The position numbers were made by a program, and so were the translations under genes. The notes under the pieces were generated by a model, which was given only the letters and a program-made list of their open reading frames with translations, was not told the origin of the DNA and did not search any database. DNA of 61,026 nt, the filler included, from Antechinus flavipes (lineage: Eukaryota): assembly GCF_016432865.1 (NCBI RefSeq). It is 2 parts of 2 records of this genome, joined end to end, with 100 filler letters (N's around TTAATTAATTAA, not from the genome) between each part and the next. Parts side by side here need not be neighbours in the genome. Positions count along the whole stretch, not along the records: positions 29,063 to 61,026 come from NC_067399.1; 1 more part is not named here. One strand, 5' to 3'. Position 1 is the first letter of the stretch. Each line of letters starts with the position of its first letter. Shown here in pieces: positions 37,885-50,503 of this stretch.

Positions 37885-40800
37885 CGATGAGGTGCAGCTT
37901 CTAGGGGAAATGTAATAATAACCATAGGGCTGCCTGGCCTTGGGAGTGATGGAGTTAAAAATGATATATATTTCTTCCCCTAGCTTCTGGGGGAGATGTA
38001 GCAATAACTCTAAGGTCCCTTGGCTCCAGGTGTGCTATCGTTCCACAGACATTGCTGGCTGTCAGATAAATCTATTGGTCAGTGATAGCAAAGTTTCTGA
38101 GATAATAATGAGGTGCATACCAGACCACTACTCAACTCCACCTCCAAGCCATAAAATTAGCATATCAGTGATATGGAACACCTGGCTTCTCTTACTTTTT
38201 CCTATAAATTTGTGTTCTTGCTCCTGGTTCTTTGCTAACTTCTCTTGGAACTTAGCCTGCTTTAATTGACATTACAATTATAATAAATTTTGACTTGGAG
38301 ATGGATCTGAACCTGCAAATTCTTTTGAAACACCTTATGGTACCAGTCTGGAACCCCAACCTTTTTGGAGTCTTCTTTGAATCCCAGCATTTGGTGACAC
38401 ATATAGGAAGAATCTGGTTCGCACCCTCATCATCAAGGTAAGCCCCCCATTCTTTTCTCCCTCTATCCTATAGCTGAGACACCCCAAGTACCTAAGAAGG
38501 CTTGTCAGGTAATCAGGAATTCCATGCTTAGCAAACTTTCCTTGACTGGGGATGTCTGTCCTTCAGAGTTCTTGCAATTCTTAGCATAGTTCCCTCTTAA
38601 TTAGGGAACCTTTGTCACCTTTTCACCATCCCTGGGATACCAGAGTAGGTGAGGCACTATATGAATAAAGATTTTATGACTTTTGGCAAAGATTTCCATC
38701 CAATCCTCTTCCATGTTATTTTTGTCTGTGTCTGTGTCTCTATGCAGAATGTCTGTGTCATATTTGTACCGTGAACTAGATTTTGTTATCTGAAAATATT
38801 TAAAATATAGTCAGCAAGACTATACTTAGACCATTGGGAAAGATTCTTAAATCTTGACTCCCGCTTTAAAAAAAGGAAAATCCTGATTTTTTTCCTGTAG
38901 ATCCCAATTCTGGCCAAGTTAAGGGCTATAGAAATAAAGTTAGCTCATTAAAATTATAAAGCTGCTAAAATAACATCTTAGCAGATTTTCAAGATTTTGA
39001 GAGCAATAATTAAGGAGTTTGGCAATTAGTCATTTTAAGATTTCAAGAAAAAATTCCTGAGACGGGGATAATTCCAGGAATTTACTACATTCTGAAAAAA
39101 GAGAGTGAAAAAAATAGGTAATAGCAACTTTTTGCTAAACTTTTCTTGACCCCTATCTTGTCCAGAGTCCCCTTCTGCTCCATTGAGAAAGGAAAATGTG
39201 GTTCACTTTACATAAAGACTAAGATAGATGCTGAAAAAGGAAAGCACCCCAGAAGGTATTAAGGGATGCTTTCCACAACATGCTCCACTCCCTGGAGTCC
39301 TGAGTTTATCTCATTTGTGGGAATTGCTAATAAGATCAATCTATCTCATGTCTTTCTGTTACCCCCTCTCATCTCAGATTAGATTAAGAAAAGAGAATGC
39401 TGAAGAGCTGTAAGGAAACTAACTCTAACCACCCCCTTCCCCCACACACACCATTTTGCCTAAGTACCTCCCCAACTCAGTTTAGGAGGTAGAGGCAAAA
39501 TTTGGGTCAAGCCCCATCGTCAACATTCCCTGAATCCTGCACCTGAAACTACCATCTAAAGGAGATCTTGGAACCGGCCACCCTGGTCTTCAGCAGCTTC
39601 TGTCCAGCAACTTCCTGGGAAGAATCTGGGTTCCTTTGGTAGCATCCAGCACAGCAGTGTGAGGTGGGAAAGCTACCTTGGTAAACCCATCATTTTCTTT
39701 TCCAGTTGCAGAAATATATTAACTATGTAATTTATGGCAAATTATTTTATCTCTGTCCAGTTTTCCGATTTGTAAAGAGAAATAACAATAGTTGTTGTGA
39801 GGATCATGTGATTACAAAAGTGCTTAGTATAAAGCAAAAGCTATATAAATGTTAACTATTTTATTGGATATAATTGTTTCATATTTGATAACTTTATATG
39901 GGACTGGCACTTAATCCTTTCCTGGATCACAAAAAAGAAGTGGTTTGTGTGAATTGGAAATTAACCAAATGGTAATTCAGTTTGACTGGAATATTAAATT
40001 AGAATTTAGGGAATCTCATAAACTTAGGTTATGTCCATTTTAAAATAACTTTTTAAAATGGCACGTATTGTTAAATTGGAACTTTGACTGTAAATTACAT
40101 GAGACTCCTATTCATTTTTGCAATAGATTCTATTCTATCTCAGTTTTAAGAATTGTCTTGTTTTCTCTCTAAAACAAAAGGGAAAGTTATTTAGGGGAAC
40201 AAGAGGGGAAACAGGAATCTTTCCTGAGAACTTCAAAAGTGGCAATAGCTTAGGGACAGAATAAACTGAACAACTAAAAGAAGATGGAAAGTTTATTTCA
40301 ATAGCCTTGCTAATTTTGTTTTATAATGTTTTGTAAATGTAATTTAGGGAATTGGGTATTCCTACCTTTGACAGAAAATTAAGAGGAAATTACAGATAAG
40401 GCTATTTGGTTATTATTAATAAAAATTCTAAGATTGTTGACTAAGGTTTTGGAATTGTCACCTTGTTAAACCTAAAATTAGTAATTACTGTGTGTGGAAC
40501 AAGAGGGATGAAGTGAAAGCCTTATCAGTTCACTTTCAAATATGAAGTTATGCAGTACCCTTTTTTCCTTCACAGAGTAGGGGGGAGATATTAAACAGCA
40601 CAGTCCACAACAGCGCTAAGAAGAGTTCTCAGCCCTTTCTTTGGAATCTCTGTCAATTCCTGTTATTTTGTTAGCTTGCAATTTTCTTTAAACCATCAGT
40701 TTAAGCAAGTCATCAATTCTAAGAAATGAGCTTGTTTGGGATATAGTTCCCAGACAAGGAATGTGTTTACTAAGAATCTATAATCTTGTTTATTATATAG

Positions 40801-42876
40801 AAATGATTTCTAATGATTGGTCCTTGCACCAGGATGAGTTTAAACTCAAAAAGAAGGAAAAAAAAAAACTTGTTAAAGATGTTTTTTAAAATCTCCTATG
40901 TATGTGAGTGCTGGTAAACTTTTATGGCTTATTGCAGCTTTATAATAATAAAAATAATGTAAACTATGATAAGTAGAATTTGCTATTAGAGATAAAATCC
41001 CTTGGAATTGTAAATGATGTTCTGTTGAGTTTTGAATTTGGGTATGATTGTTTGATGAATCATTAAGTCAGTAACCTAGCATTCAAGAGAAATGCCCTAA
41101 GTTACTGAGAAGGATGCCATCCTGACTTGTCACAGGTGGACATCTATCTGGGCGAGTCACATCCAACTAGCCCCAGGGGTCCCCATTTGATGTTTCTGTG
41201 GAACTAGCTGGAGGAAGGTGTTTGCACTTCACATGGGTTCTGGTAAATCCCAGCTTGGGATCTTTTTTCAGATCTTGGGCTATATCAGGAGCTGGGAGAA
41301 CAACCCTGGCCTCTGCTCAGGGTTGGATCCCTCTGATTCAGTTTTTCCAATTTTGTTTCTTTTTTTCTTTCCCACCTGGTTATTCCTGAATCTGACTAAG
41401 ATGTGAAATTGTATGATTGATTGTCAACTATGACTGTTACCTTAAGTCAAACAGAGCTAAGGATGCTTTATCTTGTTATGTATGTGCTCTCAGGCTGAAG
41501 CCTGAAGGTCTTGTTTTGATGCTATTATAATCATGTCCCTGCTTTTTCCTTTTATAGCAAATTTCTATAATCAGAGCAAGTGGTCAGTAAAAGCCATGAA
41601 TATAATATAAGTATGTAAGATCTTGCCATTTTCAATATGAAAATATGTAGTCATTATATCCTAAATAATTAGGTAAATGAATATTTGGCCTAGTTGTCTG
41701 CCTGTTACTAGATGCATACCTGTATGAAATTAGCTCCTTAAATTGATACACTATCTATGGGACTAACTGTTAGTCTATTGATTATTGAAATAAAATCTGA
41801 AACATTTTTGTAGTGCAGTTTTTTTTTTAAGGATATAATTTAATGGAATATTTTGTGTTACATCAATGAAAAAGCTGATTTTATTCAAGTTTGTTACTAG
41901 TGTGGAAATAACAACTGTTTGTATATGTGTTCTATGGTACAGACATTGTTTTTTTTTTTTTTTTTTTTTTTATAAATGATCCTCCGTGGGCAGCTAGATG
42001 GTGCAGTGGTTAGAGCTCTAGCCCTGAAGTGAGGAGGTCTCGAGTTCTAATCTGGCCTCAGACACTTAATACTTCCTAGCTGTGTGACCCTGGGCAAGTC
42101 ACTTACCCCCAATTATCCCAGCAAAAAAATAAACAAATAAATGATCCCCCCAAGTCTTTTACCTTAGAAGCAAAAAGCCTCTACTTGCAAGGGTATTGTT
42201 ACTCATGTTTCCATGCCTATTGTTATTAACCTTTTCCTGAGCTTTGTCTCTTCCAGGTACAAACTTCCAACTACTTGTTCAACCTGAATATTACCTGCTC
42301 TGAGACTCAGCACCCCTTAGATACTGTGACCACCATCTTCAAGTCATGTGTCTCTTCTCCTGGGTCTGGACCTCACTGGGCAGGGCCAGCTCTATGTCCC
42401 TTATCAGCCTGAAGCAGCTCCAGAAGGTGAGATCTTTGTCCCTTTTTCCCAAATGAATTTGAATCCCAGCTTCTTAAAGGGGGAATGATGGGAGGCAGCT
42501 TGTAGGGGAGATGTGGGGATAACCCTAAGCTCGGCTGGCTACAGACACTGCTGGCTGTCAGATAACAATGTTTCAGGGCTAACAAAGTTTCTGGGAAAAT
42601 AATGATCACTCTTCAACTCCACCTCTAAGTGATAAAATTAGCATATCAATAACATGAAGCACTTGGTCTGTCTTATTTTTTACTACACATTTATCTTCTT
42701 GCTCCTGGTTCTTTGCTAACTTCTTTTGGAACTTAGCTGGCTTAAATGGGCTTTACAATTATAATAAACTTAGCCCCTTGACTTGAAAATGGAGCTGAGC
42801 CTGCAAATTTTTTTGAGACATCTTGTGAATTCGATCTGGAACCCCAACCTTTTTTGAATCTCCTTTGAAGCCCCCA
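37885..42876 (+). mobile_element. Provirus B: old, apparently non-coding class I LTR element (~5.0 kb) inserted in a MIR/MAR1 SINE
   Basis: Homologous LTRs at 37885-38389 and 42486-42876. PBS-like tggtgacacatataggaa (38392), PPT aaagggggaa (42476-42485), 4-bp TSD cttt (37881-37884 and 42877-42880). SINE head at ~37790-37884 and tail at ~42877-43020. Confidence 0.85.
41986..42137 (+). mobile_element. WSINE1 inserted in provirus B
   Basis: TSD taaatgatcc(t/c)cc at 41973-41985 and 42138-42150. Confidence 0.9.
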
Positions 42877-44282
42877 CTTTACAGAAAAGGAAATCAAGAC
42901 ACACAGAGACAAAGTGACTAGTTCAGGGTCATATAGTTAGTGTTTCAGGCTGGATTTTAACTTAGGAAGTCTTGACTCCAGGTTCAGAGCTTTATCCACA
43001 AAGAACCTTGTTGCCTCAAGTTGCTTTTTTTTTTTTTTTTTTTCTGAGCATCATTTTCTTCTGTTTGTTTGTTTGTTTGTTTTTTAAGATAGGAGTGAGG
43101 ATAGGAAGAAGTAACTAGGCAATCTCTAACCTTAAACATTCTAGCTCAAACATTCCTTGATTATAAGAAAAACTTTGAAGAGAAAACTCCAGGATCTCAG
43201 GAATGGCTTGAGAGAGCCAGAGCAACATTGAATTCATTAACTCATGCTTATTTTGGTAACAGCTTTTTGATTCTATCTAACCCAGACTTCATCTGGCTGC
43301 AACCCAGAAGTTTGGGTGAATTTCAGGTACTCAGACCTTGATAAAAATGACTTTATCCAGCCAGCCCAGAGTTGAAATGAATAAATTCTTTTATCCTTCA
43401 GGGAGAGCTATTCTTAGCTTACCTAGGAGCAGAGAACTTTGTAATAAGGCTTCTAAGTTTTGAGTTTTGCTCTGGTCCTAATAACTTAGAATATCGAGTT
43501 CTAATGTAGACTTTGCATATCTCAGTTTGCCTACTATAAATCTGATGCAAGGTCAAGTCAGTTTTTCCTAAAAGGGGGACAAGAAAGCTACTTGAAAAAA
43601 GTTAAGCTTGATGAATTAAAAACAATTAAATTCTTACTATGCGCCAAGAACTGTCCTAAGCACTGGGGATATAAATGAAAGCAAATTAACCCCTTTTTCA
43701 AGGGGGGTAGGAATGGCTTGGATCTGCAGAGTCTTTTGGGATTTTGGAATTCTTTGCTCATCACCTGAGGCAAGGAAATATATGATATAAGACTGGAATA
43801 GCGTCAAAGAGAGAGTTCAAAAAAAGGGGGAGAGAAGGGAGGTTGCAGAGGAATGGATGATTTTTATCTTCTTTCCCTGCCTTATTTTGTTTGGGTAACA
43901 TTGGAACTCATTTCTATGTATTTTCATTCCTTTATTCTATTAAGGACTTCATATGACTGATTTAACCTTATTTCTTATAAATACTTATGGTTTTCCCTGT
44001 TTTTTACACCTCTGTGTCCTTGGATCAAGCATAAAGGCCTATGACAATTTTGGGAACCTCAAAGGAAATATTGACCTTTCCTAGAACAGAGCTAGAATCC
44101 TCAAACCCTCTTGCTCCCAAAGTCATTATCTATAACTTTTTATTGATGGTCGCTGGGATTTTTGGGAAATTGTAGAATTTTCTTAAAGTTCTGAAACTTT
44201 TCTCTGAAACAAAGGTAGTCTTTTTTTTTTTTTTTTTTTTTTTTAAGCCAATATTCTTCTGGTGGTATTATATGACTGCAAT

Positions 44283-44500
44283 CAGTCAGTGAACAAGTAT
44301 TTATTAGGTGCATATATGTCAGGCATTGTGCTAAGTGCTATCCCTAAGTGTTAGGGACACAAAGTTAGGCATAGAATAGTCCCCACTCTCAAGACTCTCA
44401 GATACTAATGGAAGAGATTATGTGAATAACTAAGCACATATAAGATATATCCAGAATAGATGTAAAGTAATCTGAGAGGGGAGACACTAGTAACTCCTAT
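44283..44500 (-). mobile_element. L2 3' fragment
   Basis: cagtcagtgaacaagtatttattaggtgc...cattgtgctaagtg. Confidence 0.65.
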
Positions 44501-45537
44501 AAAAGGTGACTAAAAAAGACTATCATTAAGATGATAGTCCCCAAAGAATGAAAGTTGCATATTATCCAAATGGCAATGGAAATGAGGGAGAGAAATAAGA
44601 TTTATTCAATCTATTACAAATAGGGAATTATAAAGTAGAGTAAATGACATCCAAGAAATTCACATTAAAAAGATTGCTCAGTCATTTATTAAGAATGAAA
44701 AATAGCCAATGGATAGTCCTTGTATTTCACTGATATGTTTGTGATATCAAGATAAAACAAAGAGCCAAGTTTGTAAGTAGATATAGAAAAGAGACCTACA
44801 TGAACATGATTCTGCATCTCTGAAAGGGAAATTTTCACACTCTTGAGATCCCAAACCCATTTGAGGATTTGAATATAATTATCTAATATTGAACATCAAC
44901 ACAATGAATCAAACTTGTTTAGTAACTCCTTACATTCAATTTCATCTATTTTAAGGTAAAAATTTTTCATAATACTTTTAGTTCTCTCTGTAAGTCCCTA
45001 ACATTCCCATTCTTTTTGTTATAGCGAACATTGCTTTTTTCTGATGTAACCTGGGCTTCTTTCAGCAAGCCAAGCTCACCTTGGAGGTGAGCACTTGAGG
45101 GACCTTTGAAGGATGTCCAGAGTGCCTAACATGGCAGTTTCTAACCTGGGGGGGGGGAGAGAAGAGGGGGGAGGATAGCCTTCTTTGGTTGACTGATACT
45201 GGACTGGTCACTCCCTTCCTGACACTGTTATTTGTTATGTCCAGAGGATGAAGATCACAATTCATTCATGGCGTTGAACTGAACCTGAGAGAGGAAAAGG
45301 ACTTCCTCCTCTTGCTTCCCTCTTTTACCTCCAGGAAATGGGCCTGTGGGTCTGTTTCCCTTCCTTGTTATTGGCTCTCAGATTTAGAGGAATCTTGTGG
45401 GACCCAGGAATTTGAACCATGCTGATTCTGAAGTCATCAAGGAAGCTCTGAGAAGCCAGAGTGCCTGGGATTGAACCAAAGGAGGTTTTGTACATGGAAC
45501 TGGGGCTTTATAGGAACTGAGTTAAGTTATGAACCTA

Positions 45538-45790
45538 TATTTTTACCTTCTGAATCCAATTCTCCCTGTGCAACAAGAGAACTGTTCAGTTTTGCACACA
45601 TATATTGTGTCTAGGATCTACTATAACATATTTAACATGCAAAGGATTGTTTGCCATCTGGGGGAGGGAGCAGGAGGGAGGAAAGGGAAAAAATCGTTAC
45701 AGAAGTGAGTGCAAGGGCTGATGTTGTAAAAAATTACCCATGCATATGTACTATCAATGAAAAGTTATAATTATAAAAAAAAGAAAAAAA
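45538..45790 (+). mobile_element. Young L1 3' end
   Basis: Perfect 14-bp TSD aagttatgaaccta at 45524-45537 and 45791-45804, with a poly(A) tail. Confidence 0.9.
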
Positions 45791-46471
45791 AAGTTATGAA
45801 CCTAATCCTCCTCCCTTTTCCAAAGACTGAGGGGGTAGAAGGAGGAAAGAAGATTATGGCTTCCAGGTGTTGAGGAATTAAGTTTACATATTTTTTATTA
45901 TGTCTTCTGAAGTAAATATTTCTAAGCAAAAGCTGATCTGAGTATTAATGGCTAAATGGGACTAGTGCAGGGGACTAGCTCCCAATATATGGGGGAACAC
46001 TATCATTGAGAGCTGGAGTCATTTGCAGAGAGTCTAGAAACTACCTAGTCCTCTTCAAGGTATTAGAGAATCCTCCGGGAAGAATAAAACAAAACATATC
46101 TAGCCTTCAGGGTGGTCATGTTAGACTGATTTTCCTTTTTTTTTTTTTTTTTTTTTGCTTTATATGTTATTTCATAAAGCTTTCTTTGTTTTATATTTGT
46201 CTACCTTAATTACATCCAGGAATAACTTGATAGGAAGAGAAGACGGGATTGCATGTGGAAAGAAAGAGGAATGATAGATATAGGCAGAATTTTCCACTCC
46301 TACCCTTGCAAAGGTCAGGAGGAATCAAGGAAGTTGCCAGCACTTTGTACTGTGGGAAACTTGCACAAGTTGGGGGGGAGGTCACACAGATGGGCTAGGA
46401 TCTGTATGACTGGAAGAACATCCAAACTGAGGAAGTCACAGGTCCATTGTGAAAGAATATTATGGATATAA

Positions 46472-48966
46472 TGGGAAGATAGAGGAGTAGGTTGGTAAAT
46501 TTCAAGTTCTTCTGATTTCCCCCATAAATAGAATATATTCGCACCTCCTGGCTAACACAGACTGTGAAAAATCAAGAGGACTTGAGGCAAAACTCCTGAT
46601 ATAATCTGAGAAGATCTGAAGAAAGTCCCCAGGCTGGGATTAACCAGTCTGAAGTGCAAACACCTCCAGCCTTTCTGGGTAGAAACATCAAGGGGGCATC
46701 CCTCCGCTATCTTGGTGTCTCTGAAGCCCCAGCAGGAACCACGGAGGCTTTCATCTCCCGGACTGTTTGTGGAGCTGGGGTTTGAGTCCTGGAGGATTGA
46801 GTGAACCTGGACTGATTGGGAATACCAGGAGCAGCTGTGCTGCTGAGTGAGAAAAAATCAGCCCCTGCTGAGTGCAGAAGTAGCAGTCAGGGGCTCTGCT
46901 GGCTGTGGGCACTTGCAGGAAGGTGGAGCCCTTGGTTTGGGTTCCTGGTCAGAGGGGAGATCTGAAGGGAAGCTTGAGGAACTATTCCATAATTAGAAGT
47001 GCTTACACTAATACCTCTTATTAAAAAAAAAAAAGTGAATCAGCAAAGAATAAAGAACCCCATTACTGAAACATATTATGGAAATAGGGAAGACTGGAAT
47101 TCATCTTCAGTGGAGGACTCTAGTAAAAAAACAAAAGTTTCTACCCCAAAGAGTACCATAAAATGGCTCCCTGCCCAGAGAGAATTTATAGAAGAACTCA
47201 AAAAAGAATTCAAAAACCAAATGAAAGACATTGAAGAAAAACTAAAGAAAAAAATTAAAACCATCCAAAAAAACAAGAACTTTATGAGAAAAAAAGTTAG
47301 CCCATAGAGGTACAGAGTTTCAAAAATGAAAATAATGGTTTGAAAATTATAATTGGGGAAGGAGAAGTCAGTGAAGCTATAAGAGACCAAGAAATAACAA
47401 AACAGATTATAAATAATGAGAAAATAGAACAGAATGTGAAATATCTTATAAGAAAAATGACAGATCTAGAGAACAGATCAGAAGAAAAAAATATAAGAAT
47501 AGTTAAACTGCCAGAAAGTTCTGACCAAAAAGAGAACCTTGACACAATAATGCAGAAATAATTCAAGAAAATTGTCCTGAAACGATAGAACATGAGGGTA
47601 AAGTAGAAATAGAAAAGAAATCCACTGATCACCAACTCAACAAGATCCTGTGTAGAAAACACACAGGAATATTATTGCCAAATTTTGAAACCTCCAAATC
47701 AAAGAGAACAATTTGAAAGAAATAAGGAAAAAAATTCAAATATGCTGGAGCTATAGGTGGTGCAGTGGATAGAGCACCAGCCCTGAAGTCAGGAGGACTT
47801 GAGTTCAAATTTGGCCTCAGACACTTAACACTTCCTAGCTATGTGACCTTGGGCAAGTCACTTACCCCCAATTGCCTAAGCAAAAAAAAAAAAAAAAAAA
47901 AAAATTGTACAAAACTTAGCAGTAGCTACAATAAAAGACTACAGGTCCTAAAATCATAGCTATAATCAAAAGAATGAGAAAAATATCATATCCAGTAAAA
48001 TTATCTATAATCCTGAATGAGAAAAAATGAACATTCAATGAACTTGCAGATTTTCAGGACTTTCTATCAATCACACCTGAACTTAATAGAAAATTCAACA
48101 TATAAAAGCCAATATGAAAGACTAATTTTAAAGAAATTTAATATGGAAAAACTGTTTAAACATGGACAAATTATTTGTTTTTTATATATGTATATATATG
48201 TGTGTATATAAGCTTCACATCAACAATAGGGTAGCTGAAAGAAATATTGGCAGAATTAATAAAAATAACAATTGCTATACAAATGGGGTGTAGAAGAAGA
48301 ATAGAGACAGAAGTATTAGAGGGGGTATTAGGGCTCATGGTTCTGAAAACCTACTCACATCGGGAATGAGTTCAATAGGCAACATTACATATATATCATG
48401 AAGAGTATGGCACTCTCCAAAATCTATAAAGAAACAAGGATCGGGGTTGGGATGGGTGAATGGGGAAGCAAAGGGTGAGGGAAGAAGACGAGGGAACAAT
48501 CCCTGGGTAAGGGGAGATTAAGTAATAGCAAAGCAAGTTAGGGAGCAGAATTTAATTAAAGAGGCAGTAAGGATAGGAAAGACATATGTGGGTATGTGGG
48601 TGGGTGTGAATGTATGTATCTATATATCAATATATGTCTACATAAATATATCTTTTTGTAAATGTAGCTTGCTTGGGATTGGTGAGGGGAATGAAAGGAG
48701 GGAAAAAATAAAGTAAATAAGGTAGGCAGCAGAGAACCAAAGAACAATTTACAAAGAAGTAAAGAAAAATGGTCGTTCATGAATATAATTTCTTCTAATA
48801 ATATATTAATTTCCTTGATCTAGTAATTTATTGTTATGTATTTTGAATTCTCTTTAATGCTCTGCTGGGCACATGACAATGTACTGTTTTGTTTTGTTGA
48901 AATATGATATTTCTTTTCTGTTTTCCTTTTTTTCTTACTCTGTTTTTTAAAATGAAAAAAAAAAAA
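46472..48966 (+). mobile_element. Near full-length ORF1-only L1 derivative (HAL1-type)
   Basis: L1-like 5' start (gaagatagaggagtag), ORF1 coiled-coil remnants (ORFs 46999-47307 and 47340-47561: FIEELKKEFKNQMK, NVKYLIRKMTDLENRSEEKNIRIVKLPES), then ~0.9 kb of non-coding sequence and poly(A). No ORF2. Confidence 0.7.
47750..47904 (+). mobile_element. WSINE1 inserted in HAL1 ORF1
   Basis: taggtggtgcagtggatagagcaccagccctgaagtcaggagg...cttaacacttcctagct... with an A23 tail. Confidence 0.9.
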
Positions 48967-49292
48967 GTATCACCATTCATTTAACCTTCCTCTTATGGTT
49001 GGGCATTTAGTTTGTGTCCTGGATTATTGTTTTTGTTTATTCAATTACAATGAATTCCAACAAGCAGATTGGCTGCATTGGAAAGAAGCTGAGCTGTTTA
49101 GGAACTCCACAAGAGCAGGGATTGTCTTTTCTTTTTCTTTGTATCCCTAGAGCTTAGCATAGTGTTAGGCACATAGTAGGCATTTAACAAATGCTTCTTG
49201 ACTGCTAAAGATCTTTAAAATTATAATTCTTCTATGCTTGGGAAGACATGATGTTACTATGGGATGAGATCTATAGAGTGGACTTTTCCTAC

Positions 49293-49322
49293 TTATTATT
49301 ATTATTATTATTATTATTATTC
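49293..49322. repeat. (ATT)n microsatellite
   Basis: Read directly from the sequence. Confidence 0.9.
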
Positions 49323-49529
49323 CTAAGTAGGAATTATGCCTACTTAGAGAAACTGCTGGAAAAATGGTGAATTTACTCCATTCTCGGGTTACTCTTTTTC
49401 TGTTTTATTGCCAGATGGATTAAGTGACATGGTTCATTTGCTGTTTTTGTATTTTAAAATTTGCTTGCTAGTTATTTATATTTTTTAATGGTTACTTTCT
49501 AGATAAAGATAAGAACTTTAATTACATCC

Positions 49530-50047
49530 TGTTCTGATGTTTTTCTATAGAGTTTGAGAAAAGTTTGGTGGGGAAGAATGAGAAAGTGTGAGTAACTGAT
49601 TATTTCATATTCAGATGGTTAGAAAATCTCCTTTTTGGCTTGTGTAAATCAAAAGAATTGCCTGGGGGCACAGAGCTTTATGGATTTTTACTAATAATTT
49701 GTGTTTTGAAGTCTTCTACCATTGCAGAGAACAGCCATGTGGAGCTGGGATTTTTGCCCTGGGCTGAGCTCATCTTTACCTCTTGGCCAATCAGTTGCTT
49801 TGAACTTTTGGGCTTTCTCCATTCCATAGAGGGAAAGAGGAGAGAGCCAGAGGAGAGCCAGAAGAGAGCCCTGAGCTGGCACTCATTAAGGGGAGGTAGG
49901 TGGAATCAAGGAGAATCAATTCCATCCATCTCTGAAAAGGGAGAGTCTGGAGGAAAGTGCTTGTCACCCTTTACTGCAACATCTGCTGAATAAATACTAC
50001 TGCTGTGGAAATCTTTATTATTATTACTTTAGTATTTATTTTGTAAC
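49530..50047 (+). mobile_element. Probable solo LTR
   Basis: tgtt...taac ends, CCAAT box (~49787), purine-rich block, AATAAA at 49989-49994. Confidence 0.45.
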
Positions 50048-50170
50048 TTTTTTTTCTTTTTAAATTTGAGTTTCAAATTCTCTCCCTTCCTCCCCACCTA
50101 GTGAGAAAGCAAGTAATATGATATCAATAATTCCTGTGAAATCATGCAAAATACATTTCCTATGGACATC
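50048..50170 (-). mobile_element. L1 3' end fragment
   Basis: Poly(T) followed by ttgagtttcaaattctctccc...aatatgatatcaat...catgcaaaatacatttcc. Confidence 0.7.
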
Positions 50171-50503
50171 TTTTACGAAATAGATCTTTTAAAAACAACA
50201 TTTTCCGCGTGTTAATGATCTGTCTTCATGTTTAAGCTATGACAAAAATCACTTAGAAGTCCCTTTTATTTATTCTTTTTAAAAAGTGAACAGTGGCATC
50301 TTAACTATTCAAAGGGCAAACTTTTGTGGATGCTCCATTTTATTTCACCTATATTGAGCTCCCCCTATTGAGAACGGGGAACACATATCCTATGATAACA
50401 TTTATTTTAAAGGAATACATTTATGAACTTTGTGCCTCACAAATGTTTTGATAGTGTCTTTTCCAGACTGCCAAGCTCTGCCAGTGCTAATTACAGTAAG
50501 GTT

